A DNA stretch of 64,000 bases from Dehalococcoidia bacterium (GTDB taxonomy: Bacteria > Chloroflexota > Dehalococcoidia > Plut-88900), in assembly GCA_963668115.1 (NCBI GenBank), contig OY764147.1, positions 1,928,345 through 1,992,344 of the forward strand. The letters run 5' to 3'. Positions 46,432 through 55,975 of this stretch are shown one piece after another. The notes under the pieces are model-generated. The model was not told the origin of the DNA. It made no database searches and saw only the letters and a program-made list of their open reading frames with translations. Numbering within the stretch: the stretch's first letter is position 1; the number at the start of each line of letters is the position of its first letter. Made by a program: the position numbers and the translations under genes.

Positions 46432-47634
46432 TCAATATGTCCGCCCCTTCCACCCCCCGCCCCGACCCCTCCAACTCCGCAACGCGGAATCCACCGTCAT
46501 CAGCGTATACAGCAACCCCGACACCGGGAGCAGCGTCGCCCACCCCTTCATTAGCCCGTACCACCTCAACATCGGCACATACAGCGCGGCCATCAACCCC
46601 CATCCGGCCAGACCCGATCCCAGCATCACCCAAGTCGCCACACCCCCAACCCCAACCACCGACAGGCCAATCCCGGCTCCCATCGTCGCTGGAGAAACTA
46701 GGTAAAGCCAGACCATCCCCAAAACTGTTCCCGCCAACACCACTGGCGAACGTCTTAGCTGGACGTATGCCGTCCTGGCCACCATGTCCCAGATGCCCCT
46801 CAGTCCGTCGTATGGCCGGATGCTCCGCACCTCCTGGCTCAACCCCAGCCACAGCTTCCCCTCCACCCGTGGCCCGCGCACCAGCCTCGCCAGCGCGCAG
46901 TCGTCGATTACCGCATCCCTTATCGCAGCGAGGCCCCCGACCTCGATTAGCCGCTCCTTCCTGACCAGCACACATCCCCCCGCCGCCGCAGCCGTCCCCC
47001 GACCGTGATCGTTCACCCACCTGAACGGATACAGTTTGCCGAAGAAGAACACGAACGCCGGTATCAGGAGCTTGTCCCAAAATGTCGAGACGTAAAGCCT
47101 CGCCATCACCGACACCATGTCCAGCCCCTCCCCCTCCGCCCGCGCCACCAGCCCTGTTAGCACGTCCGGCGAATGCAAAATATCGGCATCGGTGAACCAG
47201 AAGTATTCGTGCTCCTCCCCCGAGGCCGCTTCCACCCCCTCGTGCAGGGCCCAGACCTTGCCGGCCCAGCCGTTGGGCCTCTCCTTCGCCACTACCACCC
47301 GAAACGGCGGACACTCCTTGACCCGTGATGCCGCCTCCCTCGCCACATCCGCCGTTCCATCGGAGCTCCGGTCGTCAACCAGATAGACCGATAACTCGCC
47401 TGAATAACGCTGCCCCAGCACCGACCCAATGGTCTCCCCTATGAACTCCGACTCATCCCTCGCCGGTACGACAGCCACTACCCGTGGCCACACGTGATTT
47501 CCCCAGTCGTCGTTAGTATCGAGGCGCTGGTCCGTAGCCCAGAATCGCCCCCGAAAAAACGTAAGCCATATCCAGCCAAGCAGGGCAGATATAGAAAGGC
47601 CCGTCCCCACCCAAGCCCCGAGTTCCCCCGTCAT
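46432..47634 (-). CDS. GT2-family glycosyltransferase, hopanoid-associated HpnB-like
   Basis: N-terminal TM helix, VVAVVPARDE and DDRSSDGT GT2 motifs; HpnB-like TM-rich C-terminus. Confidence 0.6.
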   Translation of the reverse strand: MTGELGAWVGTGLSISALLGWIWLTFFRGRFWATDQRLDTNDDWGNHVWPRVVAVVPARDESEFIGETIGSVLGQRYSGELSVYLVDDRSSDGTADVAREAASRVKECPPFRVVVAKERPNGWAGKVWALHEGVEAASGEEHEYFWFTDADILHSPDVLTGLVARAEGEGLDMVSVMARLYVSTFWDKLLIPAFVFFFGKLYPFRWVNDHGRGTAAAAGGCVLVRKERLIEVGGLAAIRDAVIDDCALARLVRGPRVEGKLWLGLSQEVRSIRPYDGLRGIWDMVARTAYVQLRRSPVVLAGTVLGMVWLYLVSPATMGAGIGLSVVGVGGVATWVMLGSGLAGWGLMAALYVPMLRWYGLMKGWATLLPVSGLLYTLMTVDSALRSWRGRGGGWKGRTY

Positions 47635-47653
47635 CGATGCAAGTCAGTGGGCT

Positions 47654-47950
47654 CTAGGGCTCGGGCCTGTCCGGCACGCCGTCAAACGACGCCATCTTGT
47701 CCAGGTAGTGCTTGGGGTCCGACGACGTCGGGGAGTTCTTGAACGCCTCATCGACCATCTTGTCGTACTTCGGGTCAAGCTCCTCCATCTTCGTCGCTGC
47801 CGTCTTGTGCAGGGCAAACGTGGAGAACTTACGCTCCGCCCCCGACCCCCCGCACCCTTCACAAGTCGCGGTCTCGGGAGGCGCGAAGTTCCTCCAGTAG
47901 AGGCTCGTCACCCGGCTGCAATGCGGACACGCGTACTCATACAGAGGCAT
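47654..47950 (-). CDS. FmdB-family zinc-ribbon protein
   Basis: MPLYEYACPHC...CEGCG; two CxxC pairs at the N-terminus; 98 aa. Confidence 0.75.
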   Translation of the reverse strand: MPLYEYACPHCSRVTSLYWRNFAPPETATCEGCGGSGAERKFSTFALHKTAATKMEELDPKYDKMVDEAFKNSPTSSDPKHYLDKMASFDGVPDRPEP

Positions 47951-47958
47951 GACGAGTC

Positions 47959-48384
47959 CTACGCTGCGAATACCGTTTCTACCTGCGTGGAGGCGTCGAA
48001 GAAATTCTGGATCGAAAGGTGGTATCGGAAAAAAGACTGGCGCAGAAGGTCGTCCCTGGCCCGCAGCACTCCTGTCTCTCGACTCAAGTCCAACGTGTTC
48101 AGGCTATGCTCCCCGTCTGCCCCGCCATTGGCCTTGATGTTCTCCAAAAGCCCTCTCCACTCCGCCGGCGACATCTCCAGGTAGAAGTCCATCTCCCCCA
48201 GCCCCTCCACCCCGACCTCCGACACCTCTTCACACGCAAACGCCTCGAACTTCAGCCGGAAGGCCCTGTCTCCCACCCTCACCCCCATCGTCGTGTCGCA
48301 GTTTCCCAGCGCCCGGAACTCTTTGCTCCCATTGACGGTCTGCCTCACCTCCTCGAACCACTCTACGGACGGAAATACCGGCAT
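47959..48384 (-). CDS. Hypothetical protein, possibly SCP2 sterol-carrier-like fold
   Basis: 141-aa ORF forming an operon with the fmdB-like gene; weak resemblance to SCP2 domains. Confidence 0.35.
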   Translation of the reverse strand: MPVFPSVEWFEEVRQTVNGSKEFRALGNCDTTMGVRVGDRAFRLKFEAFACEEVSEVGVEGLGEMDFYLEMSPAEWRGLLENIKANGGADGEHSLNTLDLSRETGVLRARDDLLRQSFFRYHLSIQNFFDASTQVETVFAA

Positions 48385-48520
48385 CTGAATCTCTCCTCCG
48401 ATGCCGATGTTAAGCGTCCCTTTCTCGCAGTGTCAACCGCGCCGGATACACTCTCAGGATGACAAGTTAATCACAGCCTGTTAGATTGCTCTCAACGACA
48501 CGTTGAAGAGAATTACGGAC

Positions 48521-48889
48521 ATGCTCAATCCCAAAGTCCGGGAAGCCCTCGAAAAAGACCTCGTCATCGACATCACCACCACGGGCCGCAAGAGCGGCCA
48601 GCCCCGACGCGTCGAAATCTGGTTCCATAACCTGGATGGCATCCTCTACATCACCGGTCTCCCCGGGACCCGAGGTTGGTACGCCAACATCCTCGCCGAC
48701 CCCCGTATGACCTTCCACCTCAAAGAAACTACAGCAGCCGACCTCCCCGCCCGCGCCACCCCCATCACCAACGTCGAGCAAAAGCGTGACATCCTCCGCC
48801 GCATCTGCACCAAGCAGGGCACCTTGGAACAACTGGAGGCACGGGTCTCCGGCGCCCCGCTCATCAAGGTAGATCTCGTTCACGATTAG
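48521..48889 (+). CDS. Deazaflavin (F420)-dependent nitroreductase-family protein (Ddn/DUF385-like)
   Basis: DITTTGRKSGQPRRVEIWFHNLDGILYI split-barrel motif; ATG 48521 preferred over the upstream TTG. Confidence 0.7.
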   Translation: MLNPKVREALEKDLVIDITTTGRKSGQPRRVEIWFHNLDGILYITGLPGTRGWYANILADPRMTFHLKETTAADLPARATPITNVEQKRDILRRICTKQGTLEQLEARVSGAPLIKVDLVHD

Positions 48890-48975
48890 CCTTACTCGCC
48901 GAGTTTGACCCCACCCATCCACCCCCGCTAGCATAACCCCATACCCCGAGACCACACGAGGGAGGAACCAAGCCC

Positions 48976-50142
48976 ATGCCCGGACCCGTCATCGACATCG
49001 ACAGCCACATCTGGGAAAACCTCCCCGTCATGGCCGAATACCTGGCCCCGAAGTATCGACACCTCGCCCTCTCCATCCGGGAGGACGAGCGCGGCCTTGA
49101 GTACATGACCGTCGAGGGCCGTAAGCCCCACAACCTCTTCCTCCGGGAGGGGCGTTTCGGGCGCATGGCCGCCGGCAAGTCCATCGAAGAGAAGCGGGAC
49201 ATATACCTCAAGCCCGGGGCCGTCACCTACGAACAGGGCCTTATCAACGTCCCCGCCTCCCACCAGCCCGGCCCCCGAGTACAGGTCCTCGATGAGGAGG
49301 GCATCGACACCTCCTTCATCTACCCGACCCTCGGTCTGCACTGGGAGACCGACGTCAAGGACCCCAACGTCGCCGTCGCCTATGCCCGCGCCTATAACGA
49401 CTACGTCTACGACTTCTGCAGCGACAACCTGGAACGGCTCCAGCCCATCGCCCATATAACCCTATTGGACATTGAACAGGGCACAGCCGAGCTTCGCCGG
49501 ATGGCGGCCCAGGGAGTGAAGGCCGCCCTCATCAGCGGCTTCCCCCTCAACGGCCGCTCCTACGGAGACCCGGCCTTCGACTCCTTCTGGTCGGCCTTGG
49601 AAGAGCTTCAGATACCCGTGACCCTTCACGTCGTCGGTGGCTTGTATCCCTTCTATAATGCCAACTTCCCCAACACCTCCCTCAACGACCTGCTGGACTC
49701 CGATATCTGGTACTTCGTCCTCATGGAGCCTCCCGCCGTCCATCTCGGGTTTGGGAGCATGGTCGCTGGCCGGGTCTTCGACCGGTTCCCGGGTCTGAAA
49801 GTTGTCCTCCTCGAGACGGGCAGTGCTTGGATGCTCTACTGGTTCGAGCGGATGGATGGCCTCATCGACGCCTTCCCCGGTACCAGCGAGATGTCCCTGT
49901 ACCCCAGCGAGTATTTCAAGCGCCAGGTCTGGACATCCATGGACCCCGACGAAGAGCTCGCGCCCCTCGTCGTGGAACGCTTCGGCTCCAACAAGTTCAT
50001 GTGGGGCGCCGACTTCCCCCACTCCGAGGGCATGACCGGCGCCGTTGGGGCCCTTAAAGAAAGCCTGGAACCCCTCCCACCCGACGCCCAGGCTAACATC
50101 CTCGGCCTCAACGCTGTGGACCTGTACCGGCTCTCCTCCTGA
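48976..50142 (+). CDS. Amidohydrolase-2 (PF04909-like) metal-dependent hydrolase
   Basis: 388 aa; IDIDSHIWEN N-terminus; TIM-barrel hydrolase His/Asp pattern. Confidence 0.7.
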   Translation: MPGPVIDIDSHIWENLPVMAEYLAPKYRHLALSIREDERGLEYMTVEGRKPHNLFLREGRFGRMAAGKSIEEKRDIYLKPGAVTYEQGLINVPASHQPGPRVQVLDEEGIDTSFIYPTLGLHWETDVKDPNVAVAYARAYNDYVYDFCSDNLERLQPIAHITLLDIEQGTAELRRMAAQGVKAALISGFPLNGRSYGDPAFDSFWSALEELQIPVTLHVVGGLYPFYNANFPNTSLNDLLDSDIWYFVLMEPPAVHLGFGSMVAGRVFDRFPGLKVVLLETGSAWMLYWFERMDGLIDAFPGTSEMSLYPSEYFKRQVWTSMDPDEELAPLVVERFGSNKFMWGADFPHSEGMTGAVGALKESLEPLPPDAQANILGLNAVDLYRLSS

Positions 50143-50167
50143 CCCTTCCCTCCCCTTCACTGCCTCA

Positions 50168-50197
50168 GTTTGACTACCCCCTCCACCGCCCCATATA
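50168..50197 (+). promoter_or_regulatory. Sigma70-like promoter TTGACT-18-TATAAT in front of a roughly 200-nt leader of the first SBP gene
   Basis: Hexamers read directly from sequence. Confidence 0.35.
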
Positions 50198-50402
50198 ATG
50201 CCCACTCGTAGTCCCCCCGATACTGGTCGTTGCAGGAAGGCAACCCCAGACCCGACTCTCGACCATCCTCGCGACTGTTCCGGAGCCTGCATCCCGCTGC
50301 GGAGGTAGCTTATGGAATAGACCCGGCAGCAGATGAACTGTCTGCGGGGAGGCGCGTAATCCCTCCGAAGGCATCCTTAACACTGAAGGAGAATCTACAG
50401 GT

Positions 50403-51722
50403 ATGAAAAAACATTCTATGAAATCTAGGAGCAAGCGATGGCTGGCATTCGGGCTTCTTTCCCTTGCCCTGGTCGCTTTGCTTGTAGTTGCGGCCTGTGG
50501 CGAGTCAGCCACCGCCACCCCCGAGCCCGAGGAGGCGATGCCCGAGCCCACGCCCACCGCAATGATGGAGGAAGAGCCCGATGAGCCTTCCACCGGCTTG
50601 CGTCCTCTAAGCGAATGGACCGTCGATAACCCCGCCACCCACGAGGAGATCGAGGCGGCGCTGGCGGCCCACCAGGGCGGCTCCTTCGTCTTCGTCTCCT
50701 GGGGAGGCTCTTACCAGGACATGCAGGCCAAGGCGTTCCTGAGGCCCTTCGCCGAGAAATTCGGCGTGAATATCATCGAGGACGGCCCTCCCGACTACGC
50801 CAAGGTGCGGGCCATGGCCCACACAGGAAACGTGACCTGGGACGTGGTCGATGGCTCCGGCCAGGCCGGCGTCACCATGGGCCTCGAGGGCGTGCTGGAA
50901 GAGCTCGACGAGTCCATCATCAACAAGGCAGACCTGTTCCCCCACATCCGTGACGCGCCGTGGATCGGCGGCGGAGGCTCCGCCTACTCCATGGTCATGA
51001 TGTACAGCACGGACACTTACCCGGACGGCGGGCCTCAGCCCTCCAGCTGGGCCGACTACCTGGACAAGGAGAAGTTCCCCGGCATTCGCGGAATGATTCC
51101 CCAGGACTGGAACTGGAAGCACATGGTGCGCTGGCCCCTTATCGCCGACGACCCCTCGCTCCTTGAAACCGAGGAAGGCAGGGCTACGCTGTCAGCCATG
51201 TCCCCGGAGCAGCTGGACAAGGCCTGGAGACTTGTCGAGGAGCAGTGGATCCCCGCTATCGACATCTTCACCTCCGGAATCTACGACTGCCTCGCCTTCC
51301 TCGACTCCGGGGAGGTTGACATCTGCCAGGGGGACAACGGGGCCGCATACAACGGCATCGTGGAGGAAGAGTTCAACGTCGCGGCCTGCTGGGAGTGCGG
51401 GCACGATGTGCTGACCGACAACTGGTGGGTCATTAAGGGCATCAAGGAAGAGGACCCCAAGAAGTGGGAGCTCATTAACCTCTTCTTCGCCTGGACCCAG
51501 CACCCGGAAATTGCGGCAAGCCAGGCCCTCTACCAGCCCTTCGGGCCGACCAACCTGAAGTCGGCGCCCTTCCTGGATGCGCCTGAGTTCGACAGAATAA
51601 GGCCGTACCTGCCCACCGCCGACGCCAACCTTCCCTACGCCATCCTCATGGACGAGGCTGCTGACGGGGAGATAGGTGGACCTCAGGCGGAAATCTGGTT
51701 CGAAGTTCAGGGCAAGAATTAA
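50403..51722 (+). CDS. ABC-transporter periplasmic substrate-binding lipoprotein (PotD/PotF-like), copy 1
   Basis: Signal peptide plus lipobox (LVVAACGES), Pro/Glu/Thr linker, 439 aa SBP fold; no permease or ATPase genes nearby. Confidence 0.75.
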   Translation: MKKHSMKSRSKRWLAFGLLSLALVALLVVAACGESATATPEPEEAMPEPTPTAMMEEEPDEPSTGLRPLSEWTVDNPATHEEIEAALAAHQGGSFVFVSWGGSYQDMQAKAFLRPFAEKFGVNIIEDGPPDYAKVRAMAHTGNVTWDVVDGSGQAGVTMGLEGVLEELDESIINKADLFPHIRDAPWIGGGGSAYSMVMMYSTDTYPDGGPQPSSWADYLDKEKFPGIRGMIPQDWNWKHMVRWPLIADDPSLLETEEGRATLSAMSPEQLDKAWRLVEEQWIPAIDIFTSGIYDCLAFLDSGEVDICQGDNGAAYNGIVEEEFNVAACWECGHDVLTDNWWVIKGIKEEDPKKWELINLFFAWTQHPEIAASQALYQPFGPTNLKSAPFLDAPEFDRIRPYLPTADANLPYAILMDEAADGEIGGPQAEIWFEVQGKN

Positions 51723-51926
51723 TTAGGCCCAGGCAAGAAAACAGTGGGGGGCCGGTCATGCGACCGGCTCCCCACTGTGGTAACTCCGATCTTTGGCCCC
51801 ATGCTGGGAGGTGGCTGATGGACTAGAAAAGGCGGCATCCGTGCCGCAGCCGGTAATGTGAGCTTAACGCCCATTACAGTTGAGTACGTTGGACTGGTTG
51901 AGCAGCGATTGGAGAAGAGGTTAGCT

Positions 51927-53234
51927 ATGAGAAACGAGACCCGCAATTTCAAGAGCAAGCGGTGGTTGGCCATGGTCCTTCTGTCCCTGGCCCTCGTCGC
52001 CCTGCTAGTGGTTGTGGCTTGCGGAGAGTCCGCCACGGCGACTCCGGAACCCGAGGACGCCATGCCCGAGCCAACCCCCACGGCTATGATGGAACCAGAT
52101 GAGCCGGAGACTTCGTTGCGGCCCATCAGCGAATGGACCGCCGACAACCCCGGCACCCACGATGAGGTCGTTGCTGCCCTGGCAGCCCACCGCGGCGGCA
52201 GTTTCACCTTTGCATCCTGGGGCGGCGCCTACCAGGCCATGCAGCGTCAGGCCTTCCTTGTCCCATTCGCAACTGAATTCGGCGTCGAGATCATTGAAGA
52301 CGGCCCACCCGACTACGCCAAGGTCAGGGCCATGGCCCGCACCGGCAACATCACATGGGACATTATCGACGGCTCCGGCCAGGCCTCAATCACCATGGGC
52401 CTTGAGGGAGTCCTCGAAGAGGTCAACCCCGCTATCGTCGACAAGACCGACCTCTTCCCCCACATCCGGGACGCCCCGTGGATCGGCGGCGGAGGCTCTG
52501 CCTTTTCCCACATGGTCATGTGGAGCAAGGACACCTACGGAGACGACGGGCCCAAGACCATGGCCGACGTTTTCGACAAGGAGAAGTACCCCGGCCGCCG
52601 CGGCATTTTCACCCAGGACTGGGCCTGGAAGCACCGCGTACGCTTCGGACTCCTTATCGATGATCCCACCCTCCTTGACACCGAGGAAGGCAGGGCTTCT
52701 CTGTCGGCCCTCTCTCCCGAGCAGCTCGATTATGCATGGCAGGTTGTCGAAGAAGTGATGATTCCCAATACCGACGTCTTCTTCTCCGGCGCCAGCGACT
52801 GCCCGGCCCTTCTGGAGTCCGGTGAGCTGGACGTTTGCGAGACCGACAACGGCATCGGCTTCGACTCAATCGTCAATAGTGGTCTAAACGCCCACCTGTG
52901 CTGGGAGTGCGGCCACGACGTGCTGACGGACAACTGGTGGACCCCCAAGGGTCTCGCCGAGCAGGAGCCTGAGCGATATGAGCTCATTAACCTGTTCTTC
53001 GCATGGGCCCAGCATCCGGAAATCGCGGCCAGCCAGGCTCTTTACCAGCCCTACGGCCCGACCAACCTGAAGTCGGGACCTTTCCTGGCCGACCCCAAGT
53101 TCGACACCCATAGGCCATACCTGCCCACCGCAGAGGCCAACCTCCCCTTCGCCATCTTGATGGACGAGGCAGCGGACGGAGTAATAGGCGGCGCGCAGGC
53201 GGAAATCTGGTTCGAAGTACAGGGCAAGAACTAG
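51927..53234 (+). CDS. ABC-transporter substrate-binding lipoprotein, tandem paralog (copy 2)
   Basis: Start at ATG 51927; signal, lipobox and linker almost identical to copy 1; mature domain is similar but divergent. Confidence 0.75.
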   Translation: MRNETRNFKSKRWLAMVLLSLALVALLVVVACGESATATPEPEDAMPEPTPTAMMEPDEPETSLRPISEWTADNPGTHDEVVAALAAHRGGSFTFASWGGAYQAMQRQAFLVPFATEFGVEIIEDGPPDYAKVRAMARTGNITWDIIDGSGQASITMGLEGVLEEVNPAIVDKTDLFPHIRDAPWIGGGGSAFSHMVMWSKDTYGDDGPKTMADVFDKEKYPGRRGIFTQDWAWKHRVRFGLLIDDPTLLDTEEGRASLSALSPEQLDYAWQVVEEVMIPNTDVFFSGASDCPALLESGELDVCETDNGIGFDSIVNSGLNAHLCWECGHDVLTDNWWTPKGLAEQEPERYELINLFFAWAQHPEIAASQALYQPYGPTNLKSGPFLADPKFDTHRPYLPTAEANLPFAILMDEAADGVIGGAQAEIWFEVQGKN

Positions 53235-53260
53235 TCCAAGCCGGTCAAGCCGAAAAAAGA

Positions 53261-53300
53261 GGGGGCCCGAGCTTGCTCGGGCCCCCTCAACTTTCACATC
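53261..53300 (-). terminator. Bidirectional intrinsic terminator between the convergent SBP and mnmG genes
   Basis: A-tract followed by a 12-bp perfect stem gagggggcccga / tcgggccccctc with loop gcttgc; on the minus strand this gives hairpin + UUUUUUCGG. Confidence 0.6.
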
Positions 53301-53308
53301 AATGCTGC

Positions 53309-55366
53309 CTAGGTTGCCTCAACCCTCTCCCGCCCCCGCTCCAAATGCACCAGCAGCAGGCTGATGTCCGAGGTCCTCACCCCCGGCACCCGGGATGCCT
53401 GCCCCACCGTCAGCGGCACGAAGCGGCCTAGGTTCTCCCGGGCCTCGTTCGAAAGGCCCTTGATCTCCCCGTAGTCCACGTCCTGCGGAATCGGTCTCTG
53501 CTCCAGCCTGCGTATCCTCTCCACCTCCCGGCCCTGACGCTCGATGTAGTCCTGGTACTTGGCCTCGATCTCCACCTGCTCCCTCTCCTCCTCCCCCAGT
53601 CCCTCGTCCCCCAGGCCTAGCTCTACCGCCGTCTGATACCCGACCTCGGGCCTGCGCAGGAACTCCATCCCCGTGACCGCCTTCCGAACGGGCGTCAGCC
53701 CGATGCTTACCAGGTGAGGGTCTATGCTTCCGTCCTGCGGCAGATACGTCTTGCCCAGCCTTTCCATCTCCCGGGTCACCCGGCTACGCTTCTCCTCCAC
53801 CGTCCTGTATTGCCCCTCGCTGAGCAACCCAACGTCATAGCCGATGGGAGCGAGACGGAGGTCGGCGTTGTCCTGACGTAACAGGAGCCGGTGCTCGGCC
53901 CGAGACGTGAGCATCCGATACGGCTCGAAGTGGTCCCGGGTCACCAGGTCGTCTATCATCACCCCCAAATAAGCCTGGTCCCGACGCAATACCATCGGCC
54001 CCCGGCCCTTCACCCGAAGCGCCGCGTTTATCCCCGCCACTATCCCCTGCCCCGCCGCCTCCTCGTACCCCGATGTCCCGCACACCTGCCCCGCCAGGAA
54101 CAGGTTTGGAATCAGCTTTGTCTCCATCGTCGCGTTGATCTGGTCCGTCAACACGAAGTCGTACTCTATGGCGTAGCCGTGCTTCAGTATCTCGGCCCGT
54201 TCCAGCCCCGCTATCGACCTCACGAAGGCTTCCTGCACGTCCTCCGGAAGGCTGGTATTAGCGCCCTGGAGGTACACCTCGTCGGTCTGCCAACCCTCGG
54301 GTTCCAGGAACAGGCCATGTGACTCCTTGTGGGCGAAGCGCACAACCTTGTCCTCGATGGACGGGCAGTACCGTGGCCCGACCCCCTCTATCGAGCCGTT
54401 GAACATCGGCGCCCGGTCCAGGTTTGCAGTGATAAGTTCGTGGGTCATGGGATTCGTGCTCACCAGGTAGCAGGCCATCTGCGGCCGCCACCCCGACTCC
54501 TGGGGCTTGGGATATACCGGATTAGGCGTAGGAAAGCGCAGTGAATCGCCGTTGGCGCCCCAGAAGCTGAAGTGCAGGGGCGTCGGGCTGCCGGGCTGTA
54601 TCCTGGCCTTTGAGAAGTCGATAGTGCGAGCGTCCAGCCGGGGCGGCGTCCCTGTCTTGTGTCTTCCGAGAACGAACCCCAACTGCTTCAACGACTCCGA
54701 TATCTCCGACGCCGCGGGCTCCCCCGCCCGACCCCCCGTGTACGCCCGCTCACCCATGATGATCTTTCCCGCCAGCGACGTCCCTGTAGTCAGCACCACC
54801 GTCCTCCCCACATATGCCTCCCCGGACTTCGTCTCCAAACTGATCCACCCACCCTCAGACAATCCGTCATTCCCACCCCCGAGCCGGAATCCATCCCCTC
54901 CCCCAATATCACTACGACGCCTATCTCCCATGTCATTCCGATGCCCCGCGAGGAATCTGGGGTGGGGTCCGCCTCCTCCCCCCAGCACAATCCCCACAAC
55001 CAAATCCTCCCTGGCCGTCAACCCCTCCTGCCTCTCCAGCGTCCTCCGCATCTCCCGCGCATACATCTCCTTATCCGACTGGGCACGAAGTGCTTGCACC
55101 GCCGGTCCCTTCCCTGTGTTCAGCATACGGATCTGGATGAACGTCTTGTCCGTGTTCCGGCCCATCTCCCCACCCAGCGCATCCACTTCCCGGGCCAGGT
55201 GTCCCTTCGCCGGCCCCCCTATCGACGGGTTGCAAGGCATCAGTGCGATATGGTCCAGCTTCATCGTCAGGACCAGGGTATCGCAACCCATCCGCGCCGC
55301 CGCCAAAGCTGCCTCGCACCCCGCATGCCCCGCCCCGATAACAATTACGTCGTAGGTCTTGGTCAT
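53309..55366 (-). CDS. mnmG: tRNA uridine 5-carboxymethylaminomethyl modification enzyme MnmG (GidA), carrying a roughly 45-aa Gly/Arg-rich in-frame insertion
   Basis: [28 protein letters not shown]-terminus and GidA core motifs; 685 aa versus about 630 typical. Confidence 0.85.
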   Translation of the reverse strand: MTKTYDVIVIGAGHAGCEAALAAARMGCDTLVLTMKLDHIALMPCNPSIGGPAKGHLAREVDALGGEMGRNTDKTFIQIRMLNTGKGPAVQALRAQSDKEMYAREMRRTLERQEGLTAREDLVVGIVLGGGGGPHPRFLAGHRNDMGDRRRSDIGGGDGFRLGGGNDGLSEGGWISLETKSGEAYVGRTVVLTTGTSLAGKIIMGERAYTGGRAGEPAASEISESLKQLGFVLGRHKTGTPPRLDARTIDFSKARIQPGSPTPLHFSFWGANGDSLRFPTPNPVYPKPQESGWRPQMACYLVSTNPMTHELITANLDRAPMFNGSIEGVGPRYCPSIEDKVVRFAHKESHGLFLEPEGWQTDEVYLQGANTSLPEDVQEAFVRSIAGLERAEILKHGYAIEYDFVLTDQINATMETKLIPNLFLAGQVCGTSGYEEAAGQGIVAGINAALRVKGRGPMVLRRDQAYLGVMIDDLVTRDHFEPYRMLTSRAEHRLLLRQDNADLRLAPIGYDVGLLSEGQYRTVEEKRSRVTREMERLGKTYLPQDGSIDPHLVSIGLTPVRKAVTGMEFLRRPEVGYQTAVELGLGDEGLGEEEREQVEIEAKYQDYIERQGREVERIRRLEQRPIPQDVDYGEIKGLSNEARENLGRFVPLTVGQASRVPGVRTSDISLLLVHLERGRERVEAT
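54864..54985 (-). repeat. Repeat-family-derived segment inserted in-frame within mnmG
   Basis: Begins with the ccgtcattccc terminal module; 54931..54958 is an exact 28-bp reverse-complement match to 1820..1847; ggggtgggg module at 54960. Confidence 0.7.
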
Positions 55367-55444
55367 TATGTTGGAAATATTAATGCGCTACCTCCCCATG
55401 AGGTCAAGGATAGAGGCAAGGTGGGTATGGTGTAGAATAACAGC

Positions 55445-55711
55445 ATGCCGTCCGTAGAGTCGGGTCTACAATACACCCGACATGCTCTGCAGGCCATTGA
55501 AGAGCGCAGAATCCAGTTGAACTGGGTTGAGGAGACAATAACAAAACCCGAGTTGCGCACTAACGACCCCGAAGATGAAGAGTTGGAACGCTTCTATAAA
55601 CGCATCCCCGAATATGGGGATCGGGTGTTACGGGCAGTTGTTAACACTCGGGAATCCCCCTGGCGTGTAATAAGCGCTTTCTTTGATGGCAGAATGAGAA
55701 ATAGATTATGA
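55445..55711 (+). CDS. DUF4258-family protein (putative toxin-like partner of DUF2283)
   Basis: 88 aa; overlaps the downstream gene by ATGA; the DUF4258+DUF2283 arrangement is a recognised two-gene module. Confidence 0.5.
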   Translation: MPSVESGLQYTRHALQAIEERRIQLNWVEETITKPELRTNDPEDEELERFYKRIPEYGDRVLRAVVNTRESPWRVISAFFDGRMRNRL

Positions 55712-55908
55712 AGCTATACGTCGATAAGGAAGCCGACGCCCTATACCTGCGTCTGGACGATTCTCCGATATTGGAATCCGAAGAAGTCTCCGCAGGTGTT
55801 GTTCTCGACTACAACGAGGCGAGGGATGTAGTGGGTGTCGAGATGCTAAACCTCTCAAAGCGTTCATCAAGGCTCAACCTCTCCGCCCTTCAGTTCGAGA
55901 CCGTCTAG
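55708..55908 (+). CDS. DUF2283-family small protein
   Basis: MKLYVDKEADALYLRLDD...GVEMLN pattern typical of DUF2283. Confidence 0.55.
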   Translation: MKLYVDKEADALYLRLDDSPILESEEVSAGVVLDYNEARDVVGVEMLNLSKRSSRLNLSALQFETV

Positions 55909-55975
55909 AGACTAGTCGGGCCTCCGGCCCTTCACCGTCAACCCTTACCTCGCCGCTCTGCCGTATAATTCATCT

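Noticed and set aside
50198-50402. Possible riboswitch in the ~200-nt leaders of the SBP genes (also 51723..51926)
   Set aside because: Several hairpins are present, but no conserved riboswitch core I can recognise by eye (for example TPP, SAM, glycine, guanidine, cobalamin). The two leaders are not similar to each other. Left as unassigned.
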